Source: Polymyxa betae A26-41 (Eukaryota > Protista > Endomyxa: Phytomyxea). Taken from it: DNA of 64,000 nucleotides. Positions within the stretch are counted from its first letter, which is position 1. Each line of letters opens with the position of its first letter. A program made the translations under genes and the position numbers. Location: NCBI GenBank assembly GCA_003693705.1, contig RBZT01000499.1:1-64000 (forward strand). Direction: 5' to 3'. Of this stretch, positions 49,552-62,300 are shown piece by piece. The notes below the pieces were generated by a model. It was not told where the DNA came from. It searched no databases and saw only the letters and a list, made by a program, of their open reading frames with translations.

Positions 49552-52500
49552 ATGAATTCTACCCAAGAACAACGCCGTCATTCGGCTACCGATACAGACG
49601 CCATCAGCCCAGCGTTCGAGGCAAATATTGACAATAAGGGATCGCTGCCAACTGTCAATTGTGCTTTCTGTGCCAAACAGCGCGCTCAGGGAAGGGCCTT
49701 CGCACGATGCCCACATCATTTTTATCCTTCGGTTTCCAGTCCAAATACAAACCTCAAAGACAGAAAACGAAAGGCAGTTAAGAGAGTTAATTCTAAATGT
49801 TCGGCTTGCTAAAGTTTCTCAATTTTATAGAACAAGCTACAAAGGCTGCAATTCTCTAAGTCTCACGCTAATCTACAAGAGCAAGAATTACGAGCTAGGC
49901 AAATGGAGAGCCTGTTTGCTTCTGCTGCTAAAGGAGACCTCGAAACAATCGAATGGTTGATGCTGAGTGGTGTCGATGTCTGGCAGCAAGATGAGGTACC
50001 ATTTCAATTTCTGCTTTAGCCGCAGCCAACAAAAGTTGGATTTAGGAGAAACGAAACATTCTTCATTTAGCATCAGCCCATGGAAGAACTCGTGTAGTCG
50101 AGTTTCTGGTATCTCAAAATGGAGATGTCAATTGTCAAGATATTTGGGGATATACGCCGTTAACTTGTGCTTTAAACAATGGTCATTTCGCGTTGGCTGA
50201 TTATTTATCTGCAAACGGCGCTAAACGTCTCAATCTTGGGTCTTGCCTTAGTCTCAGTTCAACTCTTTGCTCATTGGCAGCCCAAGGTGAACTAGGTATG
50301 TGTCAAGTCTGTGTCTGCTTTACCAACGCTTAACGTATATGGCAAAGATGAACTGAAAACTCTGGCAGAAAAAGGGGCGGATTTATCGCTTTCTGATTAT
50401 GATAAAAGGTTTCCATCAATGTTCATGTTCTAGATCTTTATTGGCAATGACATTCTGGTTTCTAGGACGCCGCTCCATTTAGCTTGCTCAGAAGGGCATG
50501 TACACGTCTGCAAATATTTGATCGAAGAGGTCAACGTTCCTACAAATTGCATTGATCGATTTGGGAATACACCTTTACAAGCAGCAATTGATAATCACCA
50601 TAAAATGATTGCTTCGTTAGTGCCTTATTTGGGCTTGAACGACACTATCTAACCTTCATCTAGATATCTGCAAGCGCATGGTGGAATCACCAGCGATCGT
50701 CATGGCACTATGCTGCTATACAATCTGCTCTCTGCTTGTGCCTCGGGCGATTTGTCAGCCGTTGTGAAAATGGTCGAAAGCGACGCTGTTAATGTCAATT
50801 TGACCGATTACGATGGACGATCTCCTCTACACTTGGCTGCTGGAAATGGTACATGCCAACATTTTTTATTCGATTCTTCTAATGCAAAGATTTAGGTCAT
50901 GGCAATATTGTCGCTTATTTGCTAGAGCATGGTGCTGCCACTGATGTATACGATAGGTTCAACAGCTTCAAAATCAGAATCAATGGTTAACCTTGCCTCA
51001 GGTGGGGTGCCGATCCTTATCACGAAGCAACCAAAAACGGTTTCCGTGAAGTTATTGAAATTCTAGACCCAGAAAATCGATGCTCAATGAAGCAATCCAG
51101 CCCGTTAGATGATGATATGGATTCACAAGGTGCAGGCTCTTCCCTTGACTGCTGTCATCGATTTGGGCGCAGGCGAGATATTGGTATGATGCGCCTGGCA
51201 TGTCTATGCATTTCCATCTCATTCCAAATTAGTTCATGAAGCTCTGCAACAAGCTTTAGAACAAGTATGTTCGTCGCTATCATGGATATATGGAGAAATC
51301 TGGATCCCCAATCGACATCATGTAGCTCTGCAAAATTGTAGTGATGTGTTTTATATCTCTCCACAAGTGGATGACAGATTCCGCGACCAACTCACTCAAT
51401 TTCGGTCATGCAATCGATCACTTCTTGTCGAATCATCGGTATTCTTTGGAGGTGTTCCAATACGAAACGGTTAGCATGCGTCACTGGTTATATCGAAACT
51501 TCTGATTCGAGCTTTTTAGGCAAATCTATATGGATGGAGGATCTCGATCCCATAGCACAATCGGTTTATTTTTCATGCCCAATGGCTCGAGCTGCTGGAT
51601 TACGGTCTGGTTTGATACTTCCCATTCGCCATGAGAATCAAAACCAGTATAGTTTCGCATACGCTATAGTAATGGTCTGGTGCATTTCATTCTTACTTTA
51701 TCGAATTTACATTCATCTCCAGAGGCAAGATGCGTTCCAGAAGTCAGATGGCGCGCAACAAGCAGCGGAAGAAATGTTCTCTATAATGTCGTCGTTGCTG
51801 ATTTCCAGCGTACTATTGCAAGGCGACAAGGTGATATATAGATCGCTCGGTTCATGTTGCAAACTCTTAATGTATATTTAGGTGTCTAGGGTGGAATATC
51901 TTGAAACGATTGAAAAGTTCTTAAATCAAACTGTAAATATTAAAGAAGACACTCCGGCACATATCTCTGAATGTGCATTCAGGATGCTTTGGAGGCTAGA
52001 CAAGCTGAATCTAATTTACTGAATTTCACTATAAGATTACTGTTTAAGCTGAAAATCGTTGATCAGTTCATTGAATGGGGTGAGTCGATGTTAAGCGAAG
52101 ATCATAAAGCGGCAATGGTTTTGCTTTTGTGGCTCGTCAAGCACATCCATCTATGTGGCGAGGTTGCAACTCGGCTGAATTCTGTATTTCGGTTTCTCTA
52201 TACAGTTTCACCATTACTGGTATTCGCCATACCAATGGTCTTAGATTAACTGTCTCAGTTTATCATCAGGAGCACGAAAGTCCAATCCGAGCTCAAGCTG
52301 ACACTGCATTGGATGACTTACGAGCAGCTGGTTTTGAGCCTGGAAAAATGCCCTTTTTTGGACATGGATTTCCTCGTAGTCCAGTATTCTCTCATATACA
52401 GATGCTCAGAAACCATTTAGGTTCAGCTGGTCGCTGGATTTCGACTAGGGTTTACTGAATGTCTTTAGATGAGGAATATAGGCGATATAAGCACAGAGCA

Positions 52501-53295
52501 ATGCTTGATGAAATGATGCCAGGCGTTATTGACAGGTATCTCATAATATGAATTGCTATCAATTGCATTTAACCGAGCTCATACTCCAGGCAAATACTTT
52601 CTTTCTCTCCTGGAGAGATATTTGATGCCTGTGGTTCACATCAGAGTATGCCAAATACTCCAAAAACGATAGGCGGCTTCTATTTTGGTGCTTCATCATC
52701 CACAGCAGTTTGTTCATAAGCCGATTTAAGACTGCTAGATTTTGATTTGCCTATCGGTTTAGGGAGCAAATGAAGCAGATCAGCTCTCAGAGCTTTGCAC
52801 TTCTATGTTGCAAACGTTGCCAACGAACGAGCTGGTCACATCGTCATCATTGCTCGATCTACACAAATGTCTAAGATTAGAACCTGGTGTAACAAGTGGA
52901 GAACTTCGGACTGGGCTGGTCGTGGGCTCTCACATGTTCTATAAATTCTATCGGGTCTTTGCTCCTGCCGATGAAGTATATACTTAAGTCTATTGAAACA
53001 AAGACTATGTCATTGATGCTTGAGTTAGGTTCCCGAGCTAATTCGAGAATTAGAAGAGGAACTGAGAGCGCCGTCTTCTCGGATGGCGCCTGCTATCCAT
53101 GCCTATTACGTATTTGCTATAATAGTATGTTATATTCATCCATTCGAGGATGGGAACGGTCGTATTGGTCGTGTTCTTGGCAACATGATATTAAAATCTT
53201 ATGGATATCCAGCCGTTTTCAGATCCAATCACAAAGTCATGACATTTGACGAATTCTTGAATCTGATTGTACAAGAGAAGTATGGTTCGCCTTAA
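49552..53295 (+). CDS. Ankyrin-repeat + GAF + Fic-domain protein (putative AMPylase), many exons; start uncertain
   Basis: ANK: DIWGYTPL, DYDK|RTPLHLACSEGH, DRFGNTPL, DYDGRSPLHLAAGNG. GAF: ALEQVCSSLSWIYGEIWIP..MARAAGLRSGLILPI. Fic: GELRTG..IHPFEDGNGRIGR (53137-53172). The frame is continuous across GT-AG introns read by eye. Confidence 0.85.
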
Positions 53296-53403
53296 CAGCC
53301 GTATATTAAGGCTCTGATGTATCATGATAATGTAAATATATATCTATTATGCACCTATTAACCAAATCGAATGCTCCAGTATCGACATGAATTCTCGCGA
53401 TAA

Positions 53404-53857
53404 TTAGCGATCGCATGCAACAATCTTCAACATATCACAATGGATCGATTCTAAATCCATTCGGATCTGATTCATCATAGTCAATAAGAGCCTTGTTATC
53501 ACATGCAAGTAATCATACAAGAGCATTTTCAATATAGAATGTCCACACGTTATCACATGACCGATAAAAATGCAGTCCTCCTGTTAATGACACTTTGGTA
53601 TCAACATCTTCTCTTAGAGCCCGATTTACACACTATAGCGATACAGTTTAGAAAGAGCATCTGGAAAAAGTCTGCTAACGTGCCCTGTCGAACTCCTGTA
53701 GAATCTTCACAGCTGTGTCACTATCTATCCGATCCAGATCGACCATCTCTTGCAGCGAATCTTTCAGAGTCTCGCCCAACGTTGAATTGCGATAAAGAAC
53801 ATAGGAACTGGAGGAGGTGGAGGAAGACGACCCTTTACTTGCACTGGTTTTACTCAT
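53404..53857 (-). CDS. TOA2: Transcription initiation factor IIA gamma (small) subunit, 3 exons
   Basis: YVLYRNSTLGETLKDSLQEM..AVKILQEFDR|CVNRAL..GLHFYRSCDNVWTF..LKIVACD. Confidence 0.93.
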
Positions 53858-54055
53858 GATTGGTAGTATAAGTGATAGATGAGATTGTCAGGCAATTATA
53901 ATGCATTCACTACCCTACTCACATATCTATTACATTGCGCAATTAATCACTAATCGTCTGACTGTATTTTAACCACATTTCTCATCAAATTTCCCCATAA
54001 AATCTCCATATCTTTTCCGAGTTTATTGCTTACTATTGGCTTATCCTGAAGGTCT

Positions 54056-54277
54056 CTATGCCTCCATTATCGAATCGCTTAGCACCAATCTTTGACCAAC
54101 CCGCATCCAAACACGTTGTCTTGATTGTCCGCTTGTCGGCAGCTCAATACCGTTTATCGTCGTAGGGTGCTCAGGTGCTTGCGATCCTTGGCTGCGATCC
54201 AGTTGGGTGCTTACATTCTTAATTGAGAAACCGTAATCCAGCAATGTTTTTTGGCGATAGGTTGACGCCATGTTCAT
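54056..54277 (-). CDS. Putative 73-aa microprotein with N-terminal PIP-box-like motif
   Basis: ATG-initiated intronless ORF in its own intergenic slot; contains QKTLLDYGF. Confidence 0.45.
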   Translation of the reverse strand: MNMASTYRQKTLLDYGFSIKNVSTQLDRSQGSQAPEHPTTINGIELPTSGQSRQRVWMRVGQRLVLSDSIMEA

Positions 54278-54555
54278 TTGCAGTATTTTGCTTGTGTACT
54301 AGACCGATCGAATTCAGTTACAATGATGTTCTAGATCTCTCTTATAATCATGGTAAAGATTGTGATAACCTCGCCTAAACGTTATATAAATGCATTCTGG
54401 CTATTACACCACTCCATGTTAATTCTTGCCACTTTCTATGACTTAATATGACTGGGATAGACGCTCCTCGCTGATTCTATTGCAGGTTATGTTGGCTAAT
54501 TACATTCTATTATGATCTAGGTACTTACACTCATAATCCTGATCATTCAGTTATA

Positions 54556-56332
54556 ATGAGGCTTTTATTGATTGTCGACTTCGCCATCCTCGCTTCTCTC
54601 GGCGTCTACCTGGTAGCTTTAGCTGCAGATTCGCAGCATCTTGATGATCGACTACCGATCCGACAACGAACGTTTATCAGCGATGCTGTCGAAGAATCAA
54701 TCGCTGATATCTCTTCACGCATGAAAAACCCGATTCTAGCTCGAATGTTCAGAAATTGCCTCCCAAATGCATTAGGTTAAGCAATAAGACGTCCTTCTAT
54801 TTTCATTAATAATCGAACAGATACGACAATATTCCAATTCGATTCAGCTGAACCTTCTACATTCGTAATAACTGGTGATATTCATGCAATGTGGTTGAGA
54901 GATTCAACCAATCAGATGCTTCCTTATTTGAGATTTGCTAACAAAGACTCCTGTCTTCGTACAATGCTCTGTGGTGTTATTCAACGACAATCTAGTCAAG
55001 TGTTAGCTGATCCATATTCAAATGCATTTAATGAATGGGAATCTGGAGATGGGCACAGCGACGATATACGTCGTCCGCCTATCTCAAAGATTGTCTTTGA
55101 GGGCAAATACGAGCTGGATTCATTGGCTGCAGTACTGAAGTTAGCTTCACGATATTATCAGGAGACAGGAGATCGCCAGTGTTTTTTACATAATGACAAG
55201 CGATTTCTGTTAGCTGTGCAGAAGATATTGAAAACCGTCACCGATGAGCAGGCCAGCACAGCCACGACCATATCAGAATCGAGCTATTTATTTCAAAGAG
55301 TTACTCGTAAGTCAACGTTAAAATAAGCAATGCTTCAATGCAGCTAAAATATCTCTAGCTGTAGCAACAGACACGTTATCTCTTCAGGGTCGTGGATCTC
55401 CTGCTAAACGATGTGGTATAATCCTGTTGTAGCCTGTTCACACTGGAATCTAACTTATTTCAAGGATTAAGCAAGTCGTACTTTCGTCCAAGCGATGATG
55501 CCTGCTTGCTTCCATTTCTGGTAAATGCTCTCATTTAAGCCCAAGGTGAGGTTTCTTATTGGTTATTAGATCCCATCTAATGCAATGATGGCTGTTGAAT
55601 TAAGCCACATTTCAACACTTTTACCTGATTTGTATCCCGATGATGACCTGGCTCGAGATCTTTCTCAGCAGGCTATGGATCTGTCCAATGAGATCAAATC
55701 AGCAGTATACGAGTTTGGTTTACAGAATAATGGGTCGACATTCGCTTATGAAGTGGACGGATATGGCAATCAGATCTTCCTTGATGATGCCAATATCCCC
55801 AGTTTGCTAAGTTTGCCTTATCTTGGTAAATTTCAGCAACATGAGCGTCATGAAAGAATCTAAACGCTTGCCTAGGGTTTGTTAATACTACAGATGCCAT
55901 TTATATGGCGACCAGAACTCGTGTTCTTTCTGAATCTAATCCTTATTACTTTTCAGGATCTGAAGGATCTGGGGTGGGAGGCCCACATGTAGGTCTTGGG
56001 CAAATATGGCCAATGTCCATATTAATTCAGGTTCACAGCCCAACATCCCACTTTACTTAAATTCCTCATTTTATGGTTGTTAGGCTTTGACCAGCACTAA
56101 CGATGAAGAGATTACTCAATGCCTCAAGACGCTTAGTAAGACAACAGCTGGGACTTATTTTATGCATGAGAGCTTTGATTGTAATAACTCGGGGATATTT
56201 ACCCGTTCTTGGTTTTCTTGGGCAAACAGCCTGTTCGGTGAACTTATTCTGAGAATTGCTGAAGAAAGACCTCACCTAATATTTGATGCTACCATAATAT
56301 CGCAAGCCGATGCCGCCCAAGAATATATTTGA
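54556..56332 (+). CDS. Secreted glycoside hydrolase family 125 (exo-alpha-1,6-mannosidase, DUF1237), multi-exon
   Basis: Signal peptide MRLLLIVDFAILASLGVYLVALAA; FRNCLPNAL|DTT, TFVITGDIHAMWLRDS, FEGKYELDSL, FRPSDD, YEVDGYG..DDANIPSLL, MHESF..FTRSWFSWANSLF. Confidence 0.93.
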
Positions 56333-56375
56333 AATAACATATTAATTATATTTGTATACTACTTTGATTTAAATA

Positions 56376-59300
56376 TTATTTGGATTCTGAAATAGATTCT
56401 TGGTTTTGCTTCTCTTCGGGTTCCAAACCACTCGTTCTTCTGTTTGTTTTTTGTTGGCCGTACAAAGCCAATCTTGCATCGTTGATCCAGAATTGGATCA
56501 TTTGATCAGTTAGATCAGAAACTGGACCGACCACATTCTTATTGCCAGCATCCAGTCCAGCGTATTCGTAATCACTCTCGCTGCTTGATTCTTCGATCGA
56601 CTGCAATACTGGGCCAGTACTTTTCAAATTGCCAGATGCCTCTTTAGTTTCAGCGATAATCTTCAGCCGAACAAAGCTACAAAATCAATGATCAATGACA
56701 GTAGAAATTGAATGCAACGTTTCTTACTTGAGCCACTGCTGGTAGATCTGTTCGGATATCTCAGGCACATTGATGTCTTGAGCAGCACGACGAACAGTCT
56801 TCTCCAGTTCATTATCGCTTTCTTCATCATCTGACAACGATCGAGCATTGTCTCGTAACGCGGCCTGGTTTCTTTTGAGTCTCTATTACATAAAACTATT
56901 ACTTCGCTTACTTCTTGTTTCCGTCTTTTCAGCGTTTGTCTGACTATCTGCAGCCACATTGTTGCAATCTTCCTGGTTGATCCACTAAGTTTGGTCAGTG
57001 CATCTTTGAGCTCCTCCTAGGCAAATTTCTGAGCTATGTGAGACAAGCAATCGGCATCAGCAATCACCTGTTCATCTAAGCAACGTTTACAAACAGCAGT
57101 AAATTCGGCTCTGGCGTCAAGGTAATTCTTCCATCTCGAACTATCAATGGTCTCTGGTGTTGTTATTTCATCCATATGATGGAACCGATTCACCAGATGG
57201 TCCAAGCTCGGATCAGATTCCTGCACATAGATCAGTAATTGAATGCAGAGATTATACAAGAGCAACATACGACAAGAACATTATCGATAGAATCACATCG
57301 GTTACATTTACTGCCATGTTCATGTAACCATTCAAGTGTGATATCAGCATATAGATCACGTAATCGCAATCTCCAACGTGCAATCGTCAGCCAACCCATT
57401 CCGACCTGATTTCAAATTTAATACTGCATAACAGACGTGCCCAGTGTGAAATCACCTTTTGTGCAACACCATTGACTTTGGCATATTTGAAAGCCTTAAG
57501 CTGCTGTGCGAAATCATCCCCGCTTGATGAATCACTGCTGATATTATCTCCAACTATCTCCTGTTGAGCCCCTTTGGTTGTCAGAAGAACACGGCCCAGT
57601 TGGGCCAAAGCTCTTGATCTGTCTCGACGAACATTCCGAGGTGAGACAATCTGGATTGCAAATAAATCATTGCTCTTAATAATATTGCGTGTATTTACCT
57701 GTTGCAGATTGGATACTAGCCATTGTCGATTGAATTTGATGAAATCAGAACGGAATGCATCCTCGAATAGACGTGGTGTCTCAATTCGTCTCATGTCTTC
57801 TAGTAGCTGAATCTTAGCAACAGCAGCCATATGCTCGATCTCTTCCCAATCTGTCACCACAATCTATATAATTACTCAGTATATTGTTGCAGCATAGTAC
57901 TAGAGAGAGATTTGCCTTTCTAGCAGCAGCTTGTGCATCAAGTGTCTGATATCTATTCTTAATTCTCCATAATCCGAACAGATCAGCTACAGATAGACAT
58001 ATACGAGTCATTCCCGTCCCAATCTGTTACATTATTAGTAAAACCGCATGATGTTTAACTGATTACTGACAATCAAGGAAATTACAATCATAACCGGGGT
58101 AATCGGATCTGCAAACATATTGTATTGTTGACGAACCATTGCCTGTCGATCAATTAAATCATATTGCATTAGTCGATTAGATCAAATAAACCTGAACACC
58201 AATAACCACCAGAATCATGCCCATAGTTGTAACTACAGTTGTAAAACTATATTGTGCAGAGAAAGAGAATTGATGCATTGATCGTAATGCAGGTTGAATA
58301 CCTAAATGAACGATAAATAACCAGGAACATTATAGAGTCTTCATAAGTTGATTACCCATATCCATATTAGATTCACATGCTTGCCATCGCATCTCTCTCG
58401 TTAAGAATTTGAACTCACAGTATTTCAGATACGAGAACGTCTTGAATCCATGAAATAATTCCATCACATTGACAAGGAAAGCGTAAAACACAATCAAGAA
58501 CGGCAGCATGACCACTGCAAATAGAAGATAATAATGCATATCATTCTCTCGAATATTATACGTGATTGGAATCTGTAAGGTTATGCTTAATCATGACGAT
58601 ATTACGAATGGAGATGATCGAGGATTTACCTGAAGTTCTTGACGGAACAAGATAAAGAGAACCAGAATAAAAGGACAGAATACAAATCCAATCATACAGG
58701 TAGCATGTCCATTAAAAGCTTCGATGACAGGTTCGATGACCTCTTCCATTTCTTCTTCAGATTCCTCGTTATGTTCAATATGAGCATCCTGTTCATCAGG
58801 TTCTTTGACAGCATATCCCAATATCCTTCGTCTACAAAACACGATGAATAAATAAACAGCTTAAACGCTGGCGACCAACCGTTCACGTTCTAATCGAGCA
58901 GCACGTCGTTTTAGTGCTGAGTTAATTGCACGAACCAGTCGTTGTACAATATCTTGAAGTTTCTCAAGAACATAGTCAGTAGCTGGACCAAAATATACAG
59001 TATCTATAACATCAGATATCGTATCCGATACAAAACCTTCTCAAATTAGTTCTGCTAACATACACAATATGAAATATGTTTTTACCAGAAACGAATCCAG
59101 TCAGATCGGGAGCACCCATCGTCATCACGAATGTGGTTGCAGCAAATGTCGTCTACATTGACAATCAGACAGCAAATTCTCCTTGACGCCTTCAAATATG
59201 TACCATTAAGGGTGCTGTTAGTAATTTCTCTTGAACAAGGCTCTCAAAAAAGAAATCGATAGCTGGCGCTAACACCTTCAGAAACAGGATAATCTCAATG

Positions 59301-62300
59301 GTATAATTACTGATTAAATGTCAGCAAATGTTATAATATTGCAATTGGCTTCTTACGAGAATGTATCTGAATAACTGAACTCGATCAAGAATACCATAAT
59401 AGTACATAATAATAAACATGCTGATGCAAAATGAAATCTTTTCCATATACGTGGTTGCCATGAATGATCATGATATTCATTATGTGATGCAATATGTACA
59501 GCTGCCTCATATTCTTCTTGTCTTTTCTCATCAGCAGCATACGGTCGTACACGACGAACCTGAACCCGGCCTTAAACGTACTAGACCTCGGTACAATGCA
59601 TAGTGTTGTTACCTTCTTTGGGATAAACATGAGAGAGCCGAGAAAGATCTGATAGACGCCCAACGTAATGAAGGCGACAGCTAAACGACCACCTCGATAA
59701 ACACGAGCGGTGCTGATCGAAATTTCGCTGTCACCCTCGAACTTACCGGATATTGAACCGAACACATCTGAAGATGAATTGGTTTAAGATACAGAACGAA
59801 GAACCGAAATATGAGCAGTTGTACCGAGTTCAACAAGAATTAGATAAAGTAGTCCAATAACTGTAAGAATGGGAACACTGAATAATCCCACTGCAATTAA
59901 TGGTTTCGATTCAGAGATCTTTAAAAATTCCCAAAGCTGGAACCGAGAACTGAATCGGACCCGTGATACAATTTTATGTATAAACCTGACCGACGGTTAT
60001 TGAGATCGACTCATTGCAAGATAACAATAAGGATTACCAATAAATCACGACACCAGCACAGAGAACTGCTCCGATTGCCATAAACAGCACAAAATAGACC
60101 TGGAATGGGAATGCAAATCTGTTCACAAGATCGGAATATCCCAAAGGAGTCAACACAGCCTAAACACACGATATTACACAATTGTAATAAAGATTCCAAA
60201 TTTGAAACCAACTTCGAACTGATAGGTGTAATTATTTGTGTATCGATCTGGATCAAATTCATCAAAGTAAAGGCTGGCTGTGATAATTTTCTTGGTTCTT
60301 TGATCAACCTAAATGCAGATATCACAATCTATTAGGAGAGAGGGAACTGATCACTTGCCTGTTGATATTCGATCACAAATCGAACAATTCTTGGAACTTG
60401 AGTACTATCCGAATTTGGATCCAAACTAGATGCCATCACAGGTATCATATAATCATTGCCAATTTGATCAGCCAATGTTGATGCTAATTATGTAAATTAG
60501 CAATGCAAGCAGTATTCATAAATCCAATAAAATTGAAAGGATATAGAAGACGATTATTTCAAAATGATGGAAAGAGTTGTGAAGTGATTCTTACTGATAT
60601 ATTCAGATCCTTTAAGAATATTTTTATAAGCGACTGGACTGGCTGTAATATAGAAGCCAGTTGCTTCACTTGTTGCCTTTTAACAACTCAATTGAGAGTT
60701 GAGAAAATAAAGAGAAAGTAATGTTACCATATACCACCGACTATAAATACTAACTGATGATAGAATCTCTTCATATTCACATTGATATACATTATAACAT
60801 TCATCAGCAACTGGAGATTGACCAAAATTAATCGCTGCAACAGGTTTTGTATCCTGAAACATATTCAGCACAGATTTACTCAATTGGGGCGTGACTGTAC
60901 TTGTTCATCAACAAGAGAGCAATTGTCACTCTCAAACATTTGAAAGAAATAGAGATAGGAATCGAACCCGCGACAATTGGAGACATATGGCATGAAGGGA
61001 TTGGCATAGAAATCTTCTGCTTCAGAACGTGATACAAATACATCGGAGAAGCTATCTGGGATTAGTTGATATACGTCAGATGTGGAATTCTGTAAGATGT
61101 CAGTTTGGACGACAGAAATGATGGGAGAGTTGGGGGCGTTACGGTGGCGTTGTTGTAGACAGATCCATCTGAGCCAACTGTTGTATAACTAATACTTAAA
61201 TCTGTCTCATCACTTCGTGGAAGATTTAGAGGTAGTTCCAGCTGTACAATCAAATGTCAGAATATTTGCTGAAGAATGCGGATTGTTATATAGGATGTAA
61301 CTTACATCAAGATCTAATGATATCACAGCCATGAATGTATCACGTGTACCAAGTAATGCACGATTGGGTCGTTTAATTGTGAGCTTTGTCGTATTTACAA
61401 ATGACATAGCCGCCCATAAAGAAACTCCATGGATAATCTCCAAACGCCATGTGAATGAGGTTTGCTCACGAATCGCCACCGTCAACTAATTCAATCAATA
61501 TTTCAGACGAGGACCAGTACGGTGATTGGAATGTGAAGTTATGGGAACCTGTTGTTGTCCAGTTTTGGGTGTGCCGGAGCTCTCAAATGTGATGGGCATT
61601 CGACGCCGGAATTTACATAGTCGATCTGTATATAAAGATAGTTGCCAATGAACCAGATATGTAATATTAGTTGGAATATTTGTGTAATCCAAATCTACAG
61701 TTATCAAATCCAGAGGTTCAACATCAATAAACCTTCACACAAAACTTTCAGTTACTAGTTTCATAGGCATAATGTCACAAACCAATAATCAACAGGTGCC
61801 ACAATCTGAGTATTAATGAGATCGTCGACATGACCCAGATCTACGGGAGAGAAGATTGTTGCTGGGCCATATCCAGGGATAACAGTACAATCTTCAATTT
61901 GGATAGATTTCTCATCACTTTCTGTACCGATTGGACAAACTTGGGAATGTCGAATATTAACAGTTCCATCAGGAAGCGGCGTTTCAACTGTAAAGAATCC
62001 ACATTCCTCATTGGGATTGCCTGAATCCGTTTCTTGATCTTGACATAAGGTCCAGAGTTGGTCCCAGACAGTACTGAAATCACCTGAAACGACTTGGATC
62101 AATAACGAGATAAATCGTATAAAAACAGATTCAAAGAACCAGAAACTGATAAATTCAATGATAAATTTGTGAAGGAGTCCTGACCTGGTCTACTATCATT
62201 ACTGTGCCCAGGTAATTGAACAAATTTATGGTGATCGGTGGAATTTGTTGTTGTGATCGCTTTCCTGTAAGTTCCTCGTGGACAATACCTAGACAAGAGC

